A stretch of 64,000 nucleotides of DNA, taken from the NCBI GenBank assembly GCA_050012135.1, contig JBEKHT010000008.1, positions 3,773 to 67,772 of the forward strand, in the 5' to 3' direction. A program made the position numbers and the translations under genes. Below the pieces are notes generated by a model. The model was not told where the DNA came from. It did not search any database and was given only the letters and a program-made list of their open reading frames with translations. The DNA comes from Anaerolineales bacterium. Lineage in GTDB: Bacteria > Chloroflexota > Anaerolineae > Anaerolineales > RBG-16-64-43. This document shows, piece after piece, positions 36,276 through 46,479 of the stretch; within the stretch, counting starts at the first letter, position 1, and each line of letters starts with the position of its first letter.

Positions 36276-37217
36276 CTAGACCTTGGCTTCGTATCCCTTC
36301 TGAGCCAGGCGTGGATCGAGCGCGTCGCGGAATCCGTCCCCCAGAAGGTTGAAGGAAAGAACGGTGATCATGATCGCAATTCCTGGGAAGACCACCAGAT
36401 GGGGGGCATTGAAGACACTGTTGCGCTCCTCGCCCAGCATCAACCCCCATTCCGGAGTAGGGGGTTCGGCACCCAAGCCCAGGAAGGAGAGCGCGGCGGC
36501 ATCCAGAATGGCGGTGGCGATACCCAGGGTCCCTTGGACGATGAGGGGCGTGAGCGAGTTGGGCAGGACCCGGGTGAGAAGCAGGCGGCTCGGGGAGGCT
36601 CCCAGAGCTCGAGAAGCAACCACGTAATCGAGCTCCTTCACGGAAAGGACGCTCGCGCGTACCAGCCTGGCATAAATCGGGATCGAAACGACACTAATGG
36701 CGATGAGAGCGTTGATCAACCCGGGACCCAGGACGCTGACGATGGCCACGGCGAGCAGAAGGCTTGGGAATGCGAGCAGCACATCCATCGAGCGCATGAT
36801 GACATTGTCGATCCAACCTCCGAGGAATCCTGCGATCGCTCCCAGGAAGGTGCCGATAATGATGGCAAAGGTGATCGTGGAGAACCCAATTTGCAGCGAC
36901 AGGCGGGAGCCAAAGATCACGCGTGAAAACAGGTCGCGGCCGTTGCCATCGATCCCCATCAGATGCTGGGGGGCTGAAGCGGGGCAGCCGAGTAGGTGGA
37001 TGCAGGGCGGCGTTCTGCGCTGGACGTCTCGCAGCGGGACCAGGGGATCGTAGGGGGCAATCAGCGGGGCCAGAATCGCGATGGAGGCAAGAAACGCGAG
37101 CAGGACCAGGCCCACCTGAGCCGAGCGATGGCGCAACAGGCGGCGCAGGGTTTGAGCGAACGGCGAGCGCCGGGAGGCGACCGGTTCGGCAGAAAGGATC
37201 TCAGTCGCGACGGCCAT
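36276..37217 (-). CDS. Peptide/nickel ABC transporter permease (DppC/OppC-like)
   Basis: 313 aa, multi-TM, with an N-terminal OppC-type extension and an EAA-like loop. Confidence 0.87.
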   Translation of the reverse strand: MAVATEILSAEPVASRRSPFAQTLRRLLRHRSAQVGLVLLAFLASIAILAPLIAPYDPLVPLRDVQRRTPPCIHLLGCPASAPQHLMGIDGNGRDLFSRVIFGSRLSLQIGFSTITFAIIIGTFLGAIAGFLGGWIDNVIMRSMDVLLAFPSLLLAVAIVSVLGPGLINALIAISVVSIPIYARLVRASVLSVKELDYVVASRALGASPSRLLLTRVLPNSLTPLIVQGTLGIATAILDAAALSFLGLGAEPPTPEWGLMLGEERNSVFNAPHLVVFPGIAIMITVLSFNLLGDGFRDALDPRLAQKGYEAKV

Positions 37218-37234
37218 CGGTCACAACCAAGGCA

Positions 37235-38311
37235 CTACTGGGGGCGAATTCGCGGATCCAGGTAGGCATAGGAAAGGTCAACGATGAGATTCACGCTAAC
37301 ATAGATGAGTGCGACCACCAGGGTAAACGCCTGCACGATAGGATAGTCTCGCCCCAGAATGGCCGTGACGATGGCCGTGCCCATCCCCGGTAGCGCGAAC
37401 ACCGTCTCGGTGAGCACCGCCCCGGACAGCAGCCCTCCAACTTCCAATCCCACAATTGTGACAATCGGGATCAAGGCGTTCCGCATGGCGTGACGCACCA
37501 GTACCAGGCGCTCAACGAGCCCCTTGGCGCGAGCCGTACGGATGTAATCTTGGCCAAGGATCTCGAGCAGGCTGGAGCGGGTCATGCGGGCAATAATCGC
37601 CAGGGGAATGGTTCCGACCGCAACCGAGGGGAGGATCAGATGCCAGACAGCATCTTTCAAGACCGGGAGGTCTCCAATCAGGAGGCTGTGCAAGATCACC
37701 GAATTGGATACCAGTGAGAGCAGAAAGGTGGGCAGGCCGGGGAGGGACTGGAAATGCCACGCCTCCGCCAGCGGGGTCAGGCTGATCCCAGAGGTCATCC
37801 GTCCGGAAGGGGGGATCCAAAAGGGGGTTCCTTTGAGGGTCAGGGCGAACACGTAGGCCAGCATGAGACCCAGCCAGAAAACGGGCATCGATACTCCGAT
37901 ATTGGCCAGAATCATGGTGGCGACATCCACCATGCTGTTTTGGCGGATGGCTGAGACGACCCCGAAAAGGACACCAAAGGTTGCGGCAAAGATGATTGCG
38001 CCGAAGGTCAACTCCATGGTCATTGGAAGCCGTTCGGCCAGGACATCAACCACCGGACGCCCGTCCTTGATCGAGGTGCCCAAATTGCCCTGGGCGATGT
38101 TTCCGACATATCGCAAGAACTGAACCGGGATGGGGTCGTTCAGCCCGAGGCGCTGGCGAAAACCGGCGCACGCTTCCGGGGTGGCCCTTTCACCCAGCAT
38201 GACAACGCAGGGATCCCCGGGAATGGCATGGACGATCGCGAAGGTGACCAGCAGGATCCCGAGCAGGACGGGAATGAGGAGGACGATTCGGCGGACGAGG
38301 AGTTGGATCAT
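37235..38311 (-). CDS. Peptide/nickel ABC transporter permease (DppB/OppB-like)
   Basis: MIQLLVRRIVLLIPVLLGILLVTFAIVHAIPGDP is the canonical DppB N-terminus. Confidence 0.88.
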   Translation of the reverse strand: MIQLLVRRIVLLIPVLLGILLVTFAIVHAIPGDPCVVMLGERATPEACAGFRQRLGLNDPIPVQFLRYVGNIAQGNLGTSIKDGRPVVDVLAERLPMTMELTFGAIIFAATFGVLFGVVSAIRQNSMVDVATMILANIGVSMPVFWLGLMLAYVFALTLKGTPFWIPPSGRMTSGISLTPLAEAWHFQSLPGLPTFLLSLVSNSVILHSLLIGDLPVLKDAVWHLILPSVAVGTIPLAIIARMTRSSLLEILGQDYIRTARAKGLVERLVLVRHAMRNALIPIVTIVGLEVGGLLSGAVLTETVFALPGMGTAIVTAILGRDYPIVQAFTLVVALIYVSVNLIVDLSYAYLDPRIRPQ

Positions 38312-38389
38312 GGGGATGGGCGAAGCGCGCCCGGATGAAGGAGGGGCACGGCACGGCGCCGTGCCCCTCTCATTGGGACCGAAAGCACT

Positions 38390-40117
38390 CTACTTCTTGG
38401 CGTTCAGGAAGGCACCGAAGAAAGCGCCGAAGTAGCTGAAGTCACCGGTGCGGCCCTTGTGATTCGGGCTGGAGGCGTCCCACTGCGAGGCGTAGGTAGC
38501 CACAACGTCGTTGGCACTCAGGACGTCGCCGTTGCTGAACTTCACGCCTGGGCGCAGGTGGAAGGTCCACTGGCTGGCGTCGGAATTGGCCTCATACGTT
38601 TGCGCCAGGCCGGGCTGAATGGCCACCCCGCCGAGCTGGTAGGAGAGCAGCGTATCGTAGAGCTGCAGGCAAGCCCGCAAGGATTCGCCGTCGGTTTCGT
38701 CGGAGCACCAGATCGCGCCCGGCTCGCCGTTTTGCATGAAGACCAGCTGGTCGGTCCCGTTGCTCATCACCGCGAAGTACTCATCGCTGAGGGGGCTGGC
38801 GAATGCGCCCTGGACGCTGGCCTTGTAGGCGACCGCGGAAGCGCCGTGGGCCACCGGGATCATCGGGACGTGCTGCTTGATCAGCGTGTTGACCTGGTCG
38901 TAATCCTTCTGGCGCTGGGCCGGGTCGGAGACCTGCCCACCGGCGTGAATCGCGGAGACCAGATCACTGAACGGCGTGCCAAACTGGAGGTTGGCCGCAT
39001 TCGCGAAGTGGTAGTCGTAGAAGTCTGTGGAATCCGGGTAGTCGACGCTCCATCCGAGCATGTAGAAGGGCTTCTGGCCTTTGGAGGTGGCATCGAGGAA
39101 GGCCGTTGACTCCATCACGTCCAGCTTGACATTGACCCCGATTTGCTTCAGCTCGGCCTGAATCTCCTGGGCAACCTTGCCGGGCAGGGGCAGATAGCCG
39201 CGCACAACGTCACGATAGGAGAGCGTGGTGGAGAACCCATTCGGATATCCTGCCGCCGCCAGGAGTTTCTTGGCTCCCGCGGGGTCATACGGGTACCAGC
39301 TGAAGCCGGCGGTGAACCCTGGTTCCAGGGAAGGGGGCACGAACTGCTCGGCCACGAGCGATCCCGCCGGATAGAAGGTATCGACAATGTGCTTGCGGTC
39401 GATCGCCATGGCGATGGCCTGGCGAACCTGCTCATTGTCAAAAGGCTTCATCGTGTCCTGGAACCCGATGTAGAAGATGTTGATCGCAGGGCGCGGATAA
39501 AGCTTGAGGGTTGTGTCGGACTGAATCTTGGCGAAGTCATCAGGGGACGGGTTGTCAATACCATCCGCAGTGCCCGCCTGGAGTTCCAGCAGGCGCTGGG
39601 CGGCCTCGGTCGACCAGCGCAGGATCACCGTCTTGGCCAAAGGAGGCGTCCCCCAGTAGTTGGGGTTGGCAACATAGGTGATGTGGTCGCCGTGCACCCA
39701 TTCCTTGAGCATGTAGGGGCCCGTGCCATTGGGGTTAACGCTCATCTTCACCGAGTCGCCCCCATTGGCATCCAGGTAGCTCTTGCTTTGAATCGCAAAT
39801 ACATTGAAAGCCACCTTCGAGGCGAAGGCAGGATCGGGGTGGCAGAGGGTAAACTGCACCGTATTCGCGTCCAGGGCCGCAATCGACTTAAATTCAGCTG
39901 GGTTGTCCGAAGTGCCGTAGTTGCAGTCCGGCGCCGAGACCACCATCGGCTGGAAGGCGGGAGCCGCGGTCGGCGCCGGGGCTGCGGTGGGCGGAACGGC
40001 GGTGGGTTGCGGAGGTACGCTCGGAACGGGCGCGGGCGTTGCCGCCGGCGCGCAAGCCGCGAGGATCAGGCTCGTCAGGACCACAGCGCTCAATATGAAC
40101 TGCAGATTGCGTTTCAT
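38390..40117 (-). CDS. ABC transporter substrate-binding lipoprotein, family 5 (peptide/nickel)
   Basis: Lipobox LILAAC, a Pro/Ala/Thr linker, and 575 aa with family-5 SBP features (NPNYWG, GYPNGF). Confidence 0.87.
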   Translation of the reverse strand: MKRNLQFILSAVVLTSLILAACAPAATPAPVPSVPPQPTAVPPTAAPAPTAAPAFQPMVVSAPDCNYGTSDNPAEFKSIAALDANTVQFTLCHPDPAFASKVAFNVFAIQSKSYLDANGGDSVKMSVNPNGTGPYMLKEWVHGDHITYVANPNYWGTPPLAKTVILRWSTEAAQRLLELQAGTADGIDNPSPDDFAKIQSDTTLKLYPRPAINIFYIGFQDTMKPFDNEQVRQAIAMAIDRKHIVDTFYPAGSLVAEQFVPPSLEPGFTAGFSWYPYDPAGAKKLLAAAGYPNGFSTTLSYRDVVRGYLPLPGKVAQEIQAELKQIGVNVKLDVMESTAFLDATSKGQKPFYMLGWSVDYPDSTDFYDYHFANAANLQFGTPFSDLVSAIHAGGQVSDPAQRQKDYDQVNTLIKQHVPMIPVAHGASAVAYKASVQGAFASPLSDEYFAVMSNGTDQLVFMQNGEPGAIWCSDETDGESLRACLQLYDTLLSYQLGGVAIQPGLAQTYEANSDASQWTFHLRPGVKFSNGDVLSANDVVATYASQWDASSPNHKGRTGDFSYFGAFFGAFLNAKK

Positions 40118-40339
40118 GTGCTCTCTCCTCCTGATTGGGCTAAGATGCCAAACTGGGGAACAGTCAACGGGCCTTGGCGATACGCCTCACCTCCTCCCAA
40201 CAACTGAGCGTTGAATAGGGCCAGATAACAAAAACAGGTCCTTCACCGCATTTCCGCGGGTGGATCGGGCCCATGTGATCCGCTGAACAGAAGACCCATT
40301 AGGGGTTTGGAGATGAGTATACACCCCTCGGGGTCGTTG

Positions 40340-41185
40340 TCAACGCTTTGTCAGGGCCAGCAGGGCGAGCAAAGCCAGGGCCGCCACAACAGCGTATTCA
40401 ACCAGCGAGGCGCGACGGAGCTCAGACTGCAAGCGAAGCTTGCCCAGCCCGCCGAGAACATACGCGGAGACGGTCAATCCCAGGCCATAGGCGACAGATG
40501 GCAGTGGCCAGAAGTTCAGGGGGAGCGCGAGCTCGCCGACGAGAAGCCCAATGCCGGCAGTGTAGGCCCAGATCCTGCGGTCGAGGGGGGCCGCGAGGGC
40601 CAGCACGCGCAGGGTGAGGACCGAGGTCGACAGGGCAATTAGGGGCATCGCCATCGCCAGGCGAGTGTCAGCCGCGTGGAGAGCGCTGAAGACCAAGACC
40701 AGGAGAGAGTAGACGAGGATCTCCAGGCCGATGGAGGCCTGGTCATAGTGAGGGTCGTCACGATCGAGAGCAAGGTACTCGCCAGCCACCGCCAGAACGA
40801 CCAGCGCGCTTAAGAAGGCCAACCCAACCCACCAGCGCGGCCCGGAAGGGACGAGACTTAGCGCCGCGCCCCCTCCAACCGCCGTCAGAGCCGGGACAAT
40901 CAGATGAATGCCCAACCCCTCCTTTTCGCTGGAGGGACGCTGCGCAGGGGAGTGAGAACGGTAGATCGAGTAAGCACCCGAGGCCACGAGGGCGCCCAGG
41001 AGAACCATGAACAGCATTGGACCATTGACCCCGACCATCCAGTGGATGTTGAGGACGGTGACAACATAATCCTGGCTGGGGAGACGGACGAGTCGCGACA
41101 ACCCGTTGGCTAGGACGATCGCTGCAGCCAGAACGCTGAAGCGCTTCGCGTCCAGGGGAGGTGACTGGGAGGGCACATCGGGCAT
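40340..41185 (-). CDS. Hypothetical polytopic membrane protein
   Basis: 281 aa with about 7-8 hydrophobic segments. No recognisable motif. Confidence 0.5.
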   Translation of the reverse strand: MPDVPSQSPPLDAKRFSVLAAAIVLANGLSRLVRLPSQDYVVTVLNIHWMVGVNGPMLFMVLLGALVASGAYSIYRSHSPAQRPSSEKEGLGIHLIVPALTAVGGGAALSLVPSGPRWWVGLAFLSALVVLAVAGEYLALDRDDPHYDQASIGLEILVYSLLVLVFSALHAADTRLAMAMPLIALSTSVLTLRVLALAAPLDRRIWAYTAGIGLLVGELALPLNFWPLPSVAYGLGLTVSAYVLGGLGKLRLQSELRRASLVEYAVVAALALLALLALTKR

Positions 41186-41281
41186 TCTATCACCCGCGGG
41201 CTTCAGCCCGGTGGGATGCCTTGTCCTGGCGCGGGCAGCGTCGCGTATAATCGTTTGGGTCGAGACCGGACTGAGGCAGAG

Positions 41282-42118
41282 ATGAGTGTAGAGGGATTCT
41301 TGGCCAACACCCTGGCGCTCGTGTCACTGGCCCTGCTGGGGTTGGGCTTGGCCCCCGTCCTGAATGGTCTGGCGGACAACCTGCCGAGGACCAACCGGGA
41401 GGGTGAGGGATCTTCGGGGTGGCGGCTGTTCGTGCCGCGTTGCGTCTGGTGCGGGGAACCGCGAAGGGGCGTGGCGGCCCATGCGCTTCTGGCCAGAATG
41501 ATGGGGAAGCCGGCTTGCGGTCACTGCGGAGGGCCCGCTCCAAGGCGCAACGAATGGGTCGAGGTCGTCCTGGGGATTCTCTTGCCGTTGCTCTGGATCC
41601 AGGGGCGTCAGGCCGCGCTGCCTTTGTTGGAGGGCATCGTGGCGGTGATGCTTTTTGTCCTGGTGACGGTTGTCGACCTGGAGCAGCGATTGGTCCTGAT
41701 GGAGGTCGTGCTGGGCGGTGCGCTCTTGCTCCTTGTCGCCTCGGCCCTTCGTGGAGAGTTGGTTGGTTCCTTGGTCGGCATGGCGGTTGGAGGCGCGGTC
41801 TTCTTCCTGCTCTTTACGTTGAGCGTGCTGTTCGCTCGTGTGATTGGCTCGGACCTGGCGGCCGCGTTGGGTTTGGGGGATGTGTCGCTGGCCGCCCTGG
41901 TCGGGCTGGGGGTCGGGTGGCCAGCGGTGCTGCCCGCACTCCTGCTGGCGATCCTCTTCGCGGGCGGCGCGGGAGGCGCAATCTTGCTCTGGAACCTCGC
42001 CCGCCACAGGCCCCTGCGCGGGATCACGATGGCCTACGGGCCCTACCTTGCGTTGGCGGCGCTGGTCATCCTGGTCTTGGGGCCGAAGCTATTGTCCCGA
42101 GGGATGCCGGTCGGCTAG
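41282..42118 (+). CDS. Prepilin peptidase (A24 family)
   Basis: CVWCGEP...CGHCG zinc motif, VVDLEQRLV and GLGDVSLAALVGLGVGW aspartyl motifs, polytopic. Confidence 0.8.
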   Translation: MSVEGFLANTLALVSLALLGLGLAPVLNGLADNLPRTNREGEGSSGWRLFVPRCVWCGEPRRGVAAHALLARMMGKPACGHCGGPAPRRNEWVEVVLGILLPLLWIQGRQAALPLLEGIVAVMLFVLVTVVDLEQRLVLMEVVLGGALLLLVASALRGELVGSLVGMAVGGAVFFLLFTLSVLFARVIGSDLAAALGLGDVSLAALVGLGVGWPAVLPALLLAILFAGGAGGAILLWNLARHRPLRGITMAYGPYLALAALVILVLGPKLLSRGMPVG

Positions 42119-42165
42119 TTACCTCCCACCGCCTGTCGCCCCAAGTGAGGTTACCCAGAGGTTCG

Positions 42166-43086
42166 CTATGCAGCGCTCGCTTGGGCGGGACCGCGGCGAA
42201 ACCATGTCCGCCACTCTCTGTTCTCCCAGACCACCAGGATGGCAGCCGCATTGAAGATCGAAGAGTAGGTCCCGCTGGCCATGCCGAGCAGCAGGATGAG
42301 GATAAAATGGCGCGTGGTCACTCCTCCGAAGATGGCCAGGGCAAGCAAGGTCAGGAGTACCGTGAGGGAGGTGTTGATGGATCGGTCAAGGGTCTGCACC
42401 ACGCTGTGATTGACAATCGTCTCAAAAGGAATGCGTTTGTACTGTAGCTCATTCTCGCGGATGCGGTCGAAGACCACGATGGTGTCGTGGACCGAAAAGC
42501 CGATCACGGTGAGTAGGGCAGTCAAGAAGAGGGAATCGGCCTGCCACCCGAGGAAGTGACCGAGAATCGCCTCGCCACCAATGACCACCAGGACATCATG
42601 GATCATGGCCACCACCGCGGCGATTCCGAAGCGAAAGGCGTTCGGTACCCGCCGGAAGGCGTAGGTGATGTAGAGGGTGATCGCCAGCGCGGCCAGGGCC
42701 ACCGTCCCCGCGGCACGCTGTGCCACCTCTGATCCCAGCGCGGGACCGACGCTCTCGAATTGCGTGACCGTCGCGGCACCGAACTCACTGGAAAGGGCCT
42801 TGGCCACCTTGTCCTTGGTGGTCGTGTCCATCTCTTGCGCCTGGATGGCTATCGAGTCGGTTCCCACCGTCTGAACGCTCGGCCCTGTGATTCCCAATCG
42901 GGCGAGAGCAAGCTCAACTGAGGCAGGTTGGGGAGCTTGGCCGGAGGTGAACTTGAGTTGAAGCAGGCTCCCCCCAGTGAAATCAATGGCCGGATGCAAG
43001 CCCCCCATGGCCAGAAAGATCATGCCCGGAATGATGATCGCCAGGGAGAGACCGAAAAACCAATACCGCTTCCCTATGATATTCAT
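42166..43086 (-). CDS. secF: Protein translocase subunit SecF
   Basis: MNIIGKRYWFFGLSLAIII..., GIDFTGG, and DTIVVFDRIREN motifs. Confidence 0.9.
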   Translation of the reverse strand: MNIIGKRYWFFGLSLAIIIPGMIFLAMGGLHPAIDFTGGSLLQLKFTSGQAPQPASVELALARLGITGPSVQTVGTDSIAIQAQEMDTTTKDKVAKALSSEFGAATVTQFESVGPALGSEVAQRAAGTVALAALAITLYITYAFRRVPNAFRFGIAAVVAMIHDVLVVIGGEAILGHFLGWQADSLFLTALLTVIGFSVHDTIVVFDRIRENELQYKRIPFETIVNHSVVQTLDRSINTSLTVLLTLLALAIFGGVTTRHFILILLLGMASGTYSSIFNAAAILVVWENREWRTWFRRGPAQASAA

Positions 43087-43156
43087 GACGAGAGCTCCTT
43101 CATTCCTTTCGAAGCTGATCCTGGGTGAATTCCCTGGGCCCCAACCATGGTCAGCT

Positions 43157-44623
43157 CTAGATCCCAAACCACGAATGGCGGCGCGAGAAGTCCATGCGAT
43201 CCAGGACCAAATGCAAGAAAGTTCGCGTCACGATGATGGCCGTGAACATGCTGACGAGGACCCCGATTGCGAGCGTCAAGGCAAAACCTTTCACCAGACT
43301 GGCTCCAAAGGCTCCGCCGAACCAGTACAGTATGATGCAGGTGATGAGGGTTGAGAAATTGGAATCGCGAATGGATAGCCAAGCGCGAGAGAATCCCGCC
43401 TCGACGGCCGCCCGCAGAGGTTTGCCGCCGCGAAGCTCCTCCTTGAGCCTCTCGAAGATCAGCACGTTCGCGTCGACCGCCATGCCCACGGACAGCACAA
43501 ACCCAGCGATGCCGGGCAGGGTGAAAGTCACCGGGAGGACACGGAAGATGGAAAGGGCCGTGAGGAAATACAGGGCCAGGGCTACGTCGGCCACGATCCC
43601 GGGCAGCCGATAGTAAAGAATCATGAAGAGGGCCACTACCGACATGCCCACGGCACCGGCGACCAAGCTCCGTCGTAGCGAGTCTTGGCCCAGCGAGGGG
43701 CCGACCGTTTCGATTTGGGCGACCCGCAAGGGAATCGGCAGAGCTCCGTATCTCAGCTGGATGGCCAGAGCATTGGCGGACTCGACCGTGAAACTCCCCG
43801 AAATCTGACCTTGGCCGTTGGTGATTGGGGTCTCGACCACCGGCGAGGACAACACTTGATCGTCCAAGACGATAGCCAGATATTGACCCACGTGACTGGT
43901 TGTGTAGTCTGAGAAGATCTTCGTTCCTGCCGCACTAAGCACAAAGTTGATCACGGGCTTGCCCAACTGATCAGCCCCCGCATTCACCGAACTGAGATCG
44001 GCTCCGGTCATCACGGTGTGGTACACCGGTCCGGTCGGGGTTGGAACGGCGGTTGCCGCTCCCGCGGCGGGAGTTCCGGTCGTGGCCCCTGCGGCCAAGG
44101 TCTCGGTGCTGGCGGGCGTCGACTGAGGGGTGGCGGATGGGGACAAGGATTGGCTCGGCTCGGCGGAAGGGGTGGCTTGCGCGGCCCCGTTTCCCGCGAC
44201 GTCCGTCCTTACTTGCATTCCCGCCACGAGCGGCGTCGTGCCCGCGTCGACGAATTCGAGAAGTCCCGTCTGCTTGATCAAGGCGACGGCGTCTTGCGGG
44301 TTCTCGTAACCGGGAAGTTCGACCAGGATTCGCCGACTACCCGACAGCTGGACGACCGGCTGGGACACGCCGAGACCATTGACCCGGCTTTCAATGACCG
44401 CCCGCACCGCGTCCATGCTCGTGGCATCCACGGCCTGATTGGCTGGCACATCGGCCTCCAGGAGAACTTCGAGTCCGCCCTGAAGGTCCAAGCCTTCCCG
44501 CAGGCTAACATTCTGTGAATACGGGCCGATGCGAACGGATGTCGTGCCCGGCCAGTTGATCCAAAGGTCGATGCCCAGGAGGATCACGATGACGATCAGC
44601 CAGCGCAAGTGTCGTTGACCCAT
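43157..44623 (-). CDS. secD: Protein translocase subunit SecD
   Basis: LGLDLQGG-like REGLDLQGG, ANVLIFERLKEE, and a low-complexity Ala/Thr/Pro insert in the periplasmic domain. Confidence 0.9.
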   Translation of the reverse strand: MGQRHLRWLIVIVILLGIDLWINWPGTTSVRIGPYSQNVSLREGLDLQGGLEVLLEADVPANQAVDATSMDAVRAVIESRVNGLGVSQPVVQLSGSRRILVELPGYENPQDAVALIKQTGLLEFVDAGTTPLVAGMQVRTDVAGNGAAQATPSAEPSQSLSPSATPQSTPASTETLAAGATTGTPAAGAATAVPTPTGPVYHTVMTGADLSSVNAGADQLGKPVINFVLSAAGTKIFSDYTTSHVGQYLAIVLDDQVLSSPVVETPITNGQGQISGSFTVESANALAIQLRYGALPIPLRVAQIETVGPSLGQDSLRRSLVAGAVGMSVVALFMILYYRLPGIVADVALALYFLTALSIFRVLPVTFTLPGIAGFVLSVGMAVDANVLIFERLKEELRGGKPLRAAVEAGFSRAWLSIRDSNFSTLITCIILYWFGGAFGASLVKGFALTLAIGVLVSMFTAIIVTRTFLHLVLDRMDFSRRHSWFGI

Positions 44624-44841
44624 TGGGTATGTCTGCCTCCAATTGAACCGCGCCCCGGGTTATCACCTCGAGGGCATGCAAAAAAAAGCCAGCCGGGAAG
44701 AGGGCCCCACAGGTCTGGCCGGACAGCCCATCGATTATACCAGCACTTCCAAGGTTCGCCGCTTGAAAATAGGAGGGACGTCCTCCGACTTCCTGGCCGT
44801 AGGTCCCGCGGTGCCTGGCCCAGCCATGCTAGAATGGAAGA

Positions 44842-46479
44842 GTGCCTGCGGTGCCGCGCTGGTGGGGGTGGGGTTCGCTCGATACGTCCTACTCGGCCGA
44901 GGAGCACCCTGGGCTGGGGCCCTTCCTCTCCGCGCACATCGGTCCCCCTTTTCGCGGCTATGCGGTGCCGGCCCTCGAAAGCCTATCTCTTCCTGCCCCT
45001 ACCTCTGGGTTCCTCTCCCAAGTGTTCTCCGGCGTGCTTTCCAAACAGGACATCCGCATTGACCGGCTCAGTCGGGTAGGACACGCATTGGGGAAGTCGT
45101 ACACGGATCTGATGCGGATCCGGACCAACACGATTGCTCATGCCCCTGAGGCCGTACTATTCCCTCGCACCATCGAACAAGTGGAATTGATCCTGGACAC
45201 TTGCGAGAGAGAAAGCCTCGCTGTGATCCCGTTCGGGGGAGGGACCTCGGTGACAGGAGCTCTCGACGCGGAGCAGGAACCCACAATCAGTTTGGATCTT
45301 GAGAACCTTCAAGGCCTTTCCGGTCTCGATGAGGTTTCGCACTTGGCTACATTCGGGGCGGGAACCTTGGGACCCAAACTGGAGGAAGCCTTAGCCAGCC
45401 GGGGATTCACCCTGGGGCACTTCCCCCAATCCTTCGAGTACAGCACCTTGGGAGGATGGCTGGCGAGCCGGTCGGCCGGCCAGAACTCGATCGGCTATGG
45501 GAGGATCGAGGATGCGGTTTTCCATCTGGAGGCCGTGACTCCAAGGGGAAGGCTATCGATGGGGAGAGGCCCGGCCTCCGCTTCAGGCCCTTCACTGAAG
45601 GACCTTTTTCTCGGAGGGGAGGGGGCTTTCGGTGTAATCGTGTCCGCCACCCTGCGGGTGCGCCCACTTCCTGCGAAGAAAGACTATCGGGCCTACTTCT
45701 TCCACTCGTTTGAGGAAGGAGTGGAGGCCGTCCGCGAATTGCTCCAGACCGGGCCCAAGCCCTCGCTGGCCCGTCTTTCCGACGCTTGCGAAACCCAGGC
45801 CGGGTTGGCCCTCTCCGGGGGCCCACACGGGGCAGGCTCCCAGCTCGTGCGAAAGGTCGGGCTGCGCCTGGTTGAAACCCTTGGCTATGAGCCGGGCCAC
45901 ACTTCGCTTCTTTTGCTGGGCTATGAAGGAGGGGAAAGAGAGGTGGAGGATGGGGGCTCACGGGCGATGCGCGTCTGCAAGGCCCGGGGGGCGTTCGACC
46001 TGGGTCATTCTCCGGCCAAGGAATGGTTGGCGGAAAGGTTCTTGCATCCCTACCTGCGCGACTTGCTCATGGACTGGGGTGTCATGGTGGACACCTTTGA
46101 GACGGCAACCTCCTGGTCGAACCTGGTCCCGCTGCATGCGCAATTGACGGGCAGCGCGAGGCAGGCTTTGGGACACGGCTTTGTGATGTGTCACCTGTCT
46201 CATGCCTACGAGACGGGCGCGTCTTTGTATTTCACCTTTTTCGCTGCGCAGGACCTGCGAGATCCGTTCGAGCAATGGGATCGGGTCAAGAAGGAAGTCA
46301 CCGATCAGATCATGAAGGGCGGGGCTACCCTTACTCACCACCACGGCATCGGGCGCTTCCATCGGCCCTGGCTGGAAGGGGAGATTGGAGCCAGGGGTTT
46401 GGACGGCCTGCAGGCGATGAAGCGCGCGCTTGACCCTGCGGGAATCATGAATCCCGGTGTCCTCTGGAGGCCGTCGTGA
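44842..46479 (+). CDS. FAD-linked oxidase, alkyl-dihydroxyacetonephosphate-synthase-like (GlcD superfamily)
   Basis: N-terminal RWWGWG motif, an FAD-binding PCMH domain (VIPFGGGTSVTG), and a C-terminal HHHGIG. Its stop overlaps the glpD GTG (GTGA). Confidence 0.78.
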   Translation: MPAVPRWWGWGSLDTSYSAEEHPGLGPFLSAHIGPPFRGYAVPALESLSLPAPTSGFLSQVFSGVLSKQDIRIDRLSRVGHALGKSYTDLMRIRTNTIAHAPEAVLFPRTIEQVELILDTCERESLAVIPFGGGTSVTGALDAEQEPTISLDLENLQGLSGLDEVSHLATFGAGTLGPKLEEALASRGFTLGHFPQSFEYSTLGGWLASRSAGQNSIGYGRIEDAVFHLEAVTPRGRLSMGRGPASASGPSLKDLFLGGEGAFGVIVSATLRVRPLPAKKDYRAYFFHSFEEGVEAVRELLQTGPKPSLARLSDACETQAGLALSGGPHGAGSQLVRKVGLRLVETLGYEPGHTSLLLLGYEGGEREVEDGGSRAMRVCKARGAFDLGHSPAKEWLAERFLHPYLRDLLMDWGVMVDTFETATSWSNLVPLHAQLTGSARQALGHGFVMCHLSHAYETGASLYFTFFAAQDLRDPFEQWDRVKKEVTDQIMKGGATLTHHHGIGRFHRPWLEGEIGARGLDGLQAMKRALDPAGIMNPGVLWRPS

